A model generated the notes under the pieces. That model had not been told where the DNA came from. It worked only from the letters and a program-made list of their open reading frames with translations, and did no database searches. Positions 61,257-64,000 of a stretch of DNA of 64,000 nt are shown in pieces (positions within the stretch are counted from its first letter, which is position 1; every line of letters starts with the position of its first letter). This stretch comes from Candidatus Multivoradales bacterium (GTDB taxonomy: Bacteria; Acidobacteriota; Thermoanaerobaculia; Multivoradales; J023): NCBI GenBank assembly GCA_965248925.1, contig CBDFLE010000004.1:192001-256000 (forward strand), in the 5' to 3' direction. The position numbers and the translations under genes were made by a program.

Positions 61257-61610
61257 TCAGATACCAGCCTGTTGGAGGACGGTCTCGATCATCTGCGAGA
61301 CGAATTTCTGCTGGCTCCTTGGCAGTTTGGCTAGCTGCTCAAGCTGATGCTGTAGCTTGGAAGTAGGGCCCCGCTTGGCCTGCCGCGTTTCAACTCCGAT
61401 CAGCTCAGCGATGGAGATCCCCAAAGCCTTGGAGAGGGTGGGGAGATCGGTCACCGGAACCCGCCTTCGGCCCTTCTCTAGAGAGACGACCCGTTGCTGT
61501 GAGCAGCCGAGCATCTCGGCGAGCTGCACCTGGGTCATGCCCCGGCTCCTGCGGAGAGTGGCCATCCGTTTGCCAAGCTGCTGAAAGAAGTTCTTCTCGT
61601 CTGAGGTCAT
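61257..61610 (-). CDS. XRE-family HTH transcriptional regulator
   Basis: LRRSRGMTQVQLAEMLGCSQQRVVSLEKGRRR HTH; KRGPTSKL...LPRSQQKFVSQMIETVL tail; GGAG RBS before ATG 61610. Confidence 0.9.
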   Translation of the reverse strand: MTSDEKNFFQQLGKRMATLRRSRGMTQVQLAEMLGCSQQRVVSLEKGRRRVPVTDLPTLSKALGISIAELIGVETRQAKRGPTSKLQHQLEQLAKLPRSQQKFVSQMIETVLQQAGI

Positions 61611-61660
61611 CGCTCCATCCACCTTGTTCTAGGCGATAAGTGTATCCCTGGATTTCCATA

Positions 61661-61694
61661 TTGGGGTTTTATATACTCCGAAACGTGTTATAAT
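61661..61694 (+). promoter_or_regulatory. Extended -10 promoter and imperfect palindrome (candidate XRE operator)
   Basis: TGTTATAAT 61686-61694; TTGGGGTTTTATATACTCCGAA 61661-61682. Confidence 0.5.
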
Positions 61695-61753
61695 TCGTTT
61701 GAGTTTGAGACCCCAGAACGGCCTTGACAGGTTTTCAGCCGAAGGAGAGCCCC

Positions 61754-61966
61754 ATGATCGACCGCACTCTGACCGTCTCCAGCCTCTACCCTTCGTCGTC
61801 TTCGCCCTCGGGCTGGCGCTCGGTGCGCCAGGCCCGCCGCCAGCAGGCGGTGCCCTACTTGCGGCTGTCAGGCCACTGGCTGGAGTCGGCGGGTTTCGAG
61901 ATCGGCTCGAAGGTGCGGGTGGTGGTCGAGTCGGACCGCCTGGTGGTGGAGCCGGCGGATGTGTGA
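61754..61966 (+). CDS. symE: SymE-family (AbrB-fold) protein
   Basis: VPYLRLSGHWLESAGFEIGSKVRVVVESDRLVV matches the SymE signature; AAGGAG RBS. Confidence 0.8.
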   Translation: MIDRTLTVSSLYPSSSSPSGWRSVRQARRQQAVPYLRLSGHWLESAGFEIGSKVRVVVESDRLVVEPADV

Positions 61967-62180
61967 GCAGCAGCTCCGGGTGTCGGGCTTCTATCGTCCC
62001 GGTTGGCCGGCGGCGCCTGGGGTGGAGCGGCCGTCGCCGCTGCTGCTGCTGGTGGGCTCGTGGCTGGCGGAGGCGGGCTTTGCTCCTGGTGATGAGGTGC
62101 GGGTGTCGGGGCGGGACGGTCGTTTGCAGGTGGTGCGGCGGGAGCTGGAGGATGAGACGTCGGCTTGGGGAGGGGAGTAG
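61959..62180 (+). CDS. Second SymE-like protein
   Basis: PLLLLVGSWLAEAGFAPGDEVRVSGRDGRLQV; overlaps the first copy. Confidence 0.7.
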   Translation: MCEQQLRVSGFYRPGWPAAPGVERPSPLLLLVGSWLAEAGFAPGDEVRVSGRDGRLQVVRRELEDETSAWGGE

Positions 62181-62182
62181 GG

Positions 62183-64000
62183 GTGAGCCGGATTCCGCAA
62201 GCGGAGGTGGAGCGGCTAAAGCGAGAGGTTGCCGTGGAGCGCCTGGCCTTGGCACGGGGGGTGAAGCTGAAGCGGCACGGGGCGGACCTGCTGGGGCTGT
62301 GCCCGTTCCACGACGATCGCGAGCCGTCACTGGTGATCTCGCCGAAGAAGAACCTCTGGCATTGCCTGGGTGCCTGCCAGGCGGGCGGGTCGGTGATCGA
62401 TTGGGTGATGCGAGATCGTGGGGTGTCGTTTCGCCACGCGGTGGAGCTGCTGCGCTCGGATCTGCCGGCGGCGGTGGTGGCTGAGGCACAAACCTCGGCG
62501 CCGGCTTTACCGTCGCCGGTGGCGGCTGAGGCGGCGGACGCGGAGCTGCTCGGCCAGGTCGTCGGCTATTACCACGAGGCTTTGAAGGAGAGCCCGGAGG
62601 CGCTGGGGTATCTAGAGAGTCGGGGGCTGAAGCATCCGGAGATGATCGAGCATTTCCAGCTCGGTTTTGCCAACCGGACGCTGGGCTACCGGCTGCCGGA
62701 TAAGTCGGTGAAGGCGGGGCGTGAGATTCGGGGAAGGCTTCAGCAGCTGGGGGTTCTGCGCCAGAGCGGTCACGAGCATTTCAATGGGTCGTTGGTGATC
62801 CCGGTTTTCGGTGGTGATGGCCAGGTGGTGGAGATCTACGGCCGCAAGGTCGGCGAGCGATTGCGCAAAGGGACGCCCTTGCATCTCTATCTGCCGGGTC
62901 CACACCGAGGGATCTTCAATGTGGAAGCTCTGGTGGCTTCGAGCGAGATCATTCTGTGCGAGTCGCTGATCGACGCCTTGACCTTCTGGTGCGCTGGCTA
63001 CCGCAACGTGAACTCGGCCTACGGAATCAACGGCTTTACGGACGAGATGCTGGCAGCCTTCGGTGGCCACGGAGTCGAGCGGGTGTTGATCGCCTACGAC
63101 CGGGATGGCGCGGGCGAGAAAGCTGCTGGGAAGCTAGCCGAGAAGTTAACAGGTGCCGGGATCGACTGCTACCGGATCCAGTTTCCACGCGGCATGGATG
63201 CCAACGAGTACGCGCTGAAGGTGACTCCGGCCGCGAAGTCGCTGGCGGTGGTGATCCGTAAAGCACAGTGGCTCGGCAAAGGCAAGGCGCCTGGCGTGGA
63301 ACTGGGTCTTGGGCCAACAGCTGGCCCATTGGCCCCGCCGGACACCACCGCAGAGGCTGTACTCGCCCCGCCGGCAAAGCCTTCGACACCGCCGAATACG
63401 GCCGGAGAGGCGGTATTGGAGCTGCCAGCCTCGACCGAAGCCTCTCCACTGCCGGCTCCGCCACCGCCAGAAGTGCCAGCCGAGGTGCGTGAGCAGGAGG
63501 TGGTCTTGTCGCTCGGCGATCGCCGCTATCGGATTCGCGGACTGGCGAAGAACCTGGCCTACGACTTGCTGAAGATCAACCTCCTCGCAGGCCGGGGGGA
63601 CGCCTTCCACGTCGACAATCTGGATCTCTACTCGGCGCGCCAGCGGGCTGTCTTCCAGAAGGCCGCAGCGGCCGAGCTGGGGGTGGATGCGGAGGTGGTG
63701 AAGACAGATCTTGGCAAGGTGCTGCTGAAGCTCGAGGAGCTGCAGGACGAGCAGATCCGCGCGGCGCTGGAGCCGAAGAGCGAGGCGGTGGAGCTGTCGG
63801 ATGTGGAGACGTCGGAGGCCCTGGCGCTGCTGCGCTCGCCGGATCTTCTGGTGCGGATTCTGAAGGATTTTGAAGCGTGTGGAGTGGTCGGCGAGGAGGT
63901 CAACAAGCTGATGGGCTACCTGGCGTCGACCTCGCGGCTCCTGGAGCGGCCGCTGGCGGTGGTGGTGCAGTCAAGCTCGGCGGCCGGCAAGTCATCGCTG
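62183..64000 (+). CDS. CHC2 zinc-finger + TOPRIM primase fused to a P-loop NTPase (3'-partial; not in the ORF track)
   Basis: Hand translation from GTG 62183: GLCPFHDDREPS...WHCLGAC (CHC2), ILCESLIDAL...IAYDRDGAG (TOPRIM), ends QSSSAAGKSSL (Walker A) in the same frame. Confidence 0.9.
   Translation, partial: MSRIPQAEVERLKREVAVERLALARGVKLKRHGADLLGLCPFHDDREPSLVISPKKNLWHCLGACQAGGSVIDWVMRDRGVSFRHAVELLRSDLPAAVVAEAQTSAPALPSPVAAEAADAELLGQVVGYYHEALKESPEALGYLESRGLKHPEMIEHFQLGFANRTLGYRLPDKSVKAGREIRGRLQQLGVLRQSGHEHFNGSLVIPVFGGDGQVVEIYGRKVGERLRKGTPLHLYLPGPHRGIFNVEALVASSEIILCESLIDALTFWCAGYRNVNSAYGINGFTDEMLAAFGGHGVERVLIAYDRDGAGEKAAGKLAEKLTGAGIDCYRIQFPRGMDANEYALKVTPAAKSLAVVIRKAQWLGKGKAPGVELGLGPTAGPLAPPDTTAEAVLAPPAKPSTPPNTAGEAVLELPASTEASPLPAPPPPEVPAEVREQEVVLSLGDRRYRIRGLAKNLAYDLLKINLLAGRGDAFHVDNLDLYSARQRAVFQKAAAAELGVDAEVVKTDLGKVLLKLEELQDEQIRAALEPKSEAVELSDVETSEALALLRSPDLLVRILKDFEACGVVGEEVNKLMGYLASTSRLLERPLAVVVQSSSAAGKSSL

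Noticed and set aside
61629-62489. 286-aa and 261-aa ORFs over the SymE region
   Set aside because: Low-complexity shadows of the SymE-like and primase genes

Overview
GC-rich bacterial DNA. Almost all of 1-61.1 kb is a head-to-tail array of ~20 kb units: the tail of unit 0 plus units 1-3. Each unit runs: direct-repeat motif TGTCCCGTCCGCCGCGTC; a minus-strand operon of two PCD-fold genes, a 155-aa unknown gene and an rve/DDE integrase with an N-terminal hydrophobic segment; then, divergently, an XRE-HTH/TPR regulator, a ~5000-aa Sec-signal Ig-stalk RHS polymorphic toxin and its immunity gene; then the next motif copy. The four RHS genes carry four different C-terminal toxin tips and four unrelated immunity genes. 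Two different RHS barrels are fused to the same N-terminal scaffold at one exact junction. Unit 2 (27.5-47.5 kb) is intact. Unit 1 has an IS21 insertion with an adjacent deletion. Unit 3 is decayed: IS4 at the regulator start codon, two frameshifts and loss of the RHS N-terminus. The array ends at a last motif copy (61142). It is followed by an XRE / two SymE-like / CHC2-TOPRIM primase-helicase module that runs off the window. All family calls are motif recognition by eye; no searches were run.
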